Source: an uncultured cyanobacterium (GTDB lineage Bacteria; Cyanobacteriota; Cyanobacteriia; Leptolyngbyales; Leptolyngbyaceae). From it: a stretch of 64,000 nucleotides of DNA. Position 1 is the stretch's first letter, and every line of letters starts with the position of its first letter. Location: the NCBI GenBank assembly GCA_963766075.1, contig CAVYAN010000041.1, positions 1 to 64,000 of the forward strand. The letters are read 5' to 3'. Positions 63,213 through 64,000 of this stretch are shown one piece after another. The notes beneath the pieces are model-generated. The model was given only the letters and a program-made list of their open reading frames with translations, was not told the origin of the DNA and did no database searches. The translations under genes and the position numbers were made by a program.

Positions 63213-64000
63213 ATGATGGAGAGATGGGGAATGGTCAAACAGTGGGTAAAGCGGTACTTTTGGTTACCCGTGCCAATTTTGGGGATGCTGTCGGTGTGGG
63301 GCATGATTTTAGCCAAGCAGCCTGCACCCCCTACCTCTATCTCTAATCGCCCCAGCCCCTTGCCCACCCTGACACCCCTGCCCGCCATCACCACAGCGCT
63401 AAGCAGTCCGTCTGCCCAGCCCAAGTCGGTTCCTAAAGTGACGACAAAACCCAGTCCCACGGCAGTGAAGCCGACGACCTATACGGGGCAGGAAGCCGCC
63501 ATTAACCAAACGGCTAAGGCCAAGTTGCTGGATGCCTCGGTGGACTCCTTGATTGAAATGCGCGTGGCGATCGCCCAAGGCCCCAACGTTACCATCGGCT
63601 CCTCCGACGGAGCCACAATCTTAGATAAAGATGGCAAGCCTCTGCGCCAGCTCCAGCCCGGACAAGGCTATACCGCGGGCAGTGATGGTGAAATTACGTG
63701 GGTGCAGCCCGTGGGTACGGGCGTCTTAGGCATTGGCAGCCGTCCCTATCGGGGCCGATTTTTACTCGTCACGAACGGGGGCAATACCCTGGTGGTGAAC
63801 TATGTTAATTTGCGGAAATACCTCTACGGCGTCGTACCCAGCGAAGTCTCTCCCAGTTGGAATATGCAGGCGTTAAAAGCCCAGGCGATCGCGGCCCGCT
63901 CCTACGCCCTCACCTACTACTTCAAACCCGCAAATTCTCTCTATCACATGGGATCGGACGAATATTATCAGGTGTACAGCGGCATGGAAAAAGAAGACCC
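63213..64000 (+). CDS. SpoIID/LytB domain protein, runs off the window end
   Basis: Open frame from ATG 63213 with a TM segment, Pro-rich linker and YRGRF..VVNYV..YLYGVVPSEV..W...ALKAQAIAARSYAL..YQVY. Confidence 0.85.
   Translation, partial: MMERWGMVKQWVKRYFWLPVPILGMLSVWGMILAKQPAPPTSISNRPSPLPTLTPLPAITTALSSPSAQPKSVPKVTTKPSPTAVKPTTYTGQEAAINQTAKAKLLDASVDSLIEMRVAIAQGPNVTIGSSDGATILDKDGKPLRQLQPGQGYTAGSDGEITWVQPVGTGVLGIGSRPYRGRFLLVTNGGNTLVVNYVNLRKYLYGVVPSEVSPSWNMQALKAQAIAARSYALTYYFKPANSLYHMGSDEYYQVYSGMEKED

Noticed and set aside
1..64000. HIP1 abundance and the many antisense or overlapping ORFs in the track
   Set aside because: HIP1 is a known cyanobacterial feature; shadow ORFs overlap well-supported genes and have no motifs. 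No tRNA or rRNA recognised

Overview
Cyanobacterial chromosomal window: the HIP1 octamer GCGATCGC is dense, and petE, an HLIP gene and Tab2 are present. The backbone is housekeeping and signalling genes: geranylgeranyl-reductase-like oxidoreductase, gyrA, HDAC, petE, beta-carbonic anhydrase, hli, NYN, PmbA, Tab2, S1 protein, GT4, EamA, sppA, aroH, REC-GGDEF-EAL, a giant Ser/Thr kinase-histidine kinase hybrid, aspS, an ABC exporter, coaR/coaT, cax, GH57 and SpoIID. Three things stand out. (1) A co-oriented 11 kb cluster (22.5-33.5 kb) encodes an HEXXH metalloprotease, a haemagglutinin-like exoprotein, a secreted TPR-CHAT caspase-like protease, DUF928 and a CHASE2-GGDEF receptor; it looks like an extracytoplasmic proteolysis-to-c-di-GMP signalling module. 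(2) Two integron attC-like hairpins (3234-3317, 54338-54424) each follow a DUF5615/PIN-type toxin gene, with no integrase in view. The second lies in a 51.8-55.4 kb patch of toxin-antitoxin remnants where all toxins are broken and the antitoxins that are present remain open. (3) Several MITE-like elements share terminal repeats but carry different REP hairpins. Caveat: single-base frameshifts in essential genes (gyrA, aspS) indicate probable sequencing or assembly indels, so pseudogene calls that rest on one indel are provisional. All family assignments are by motif recognition; no database searches were run.
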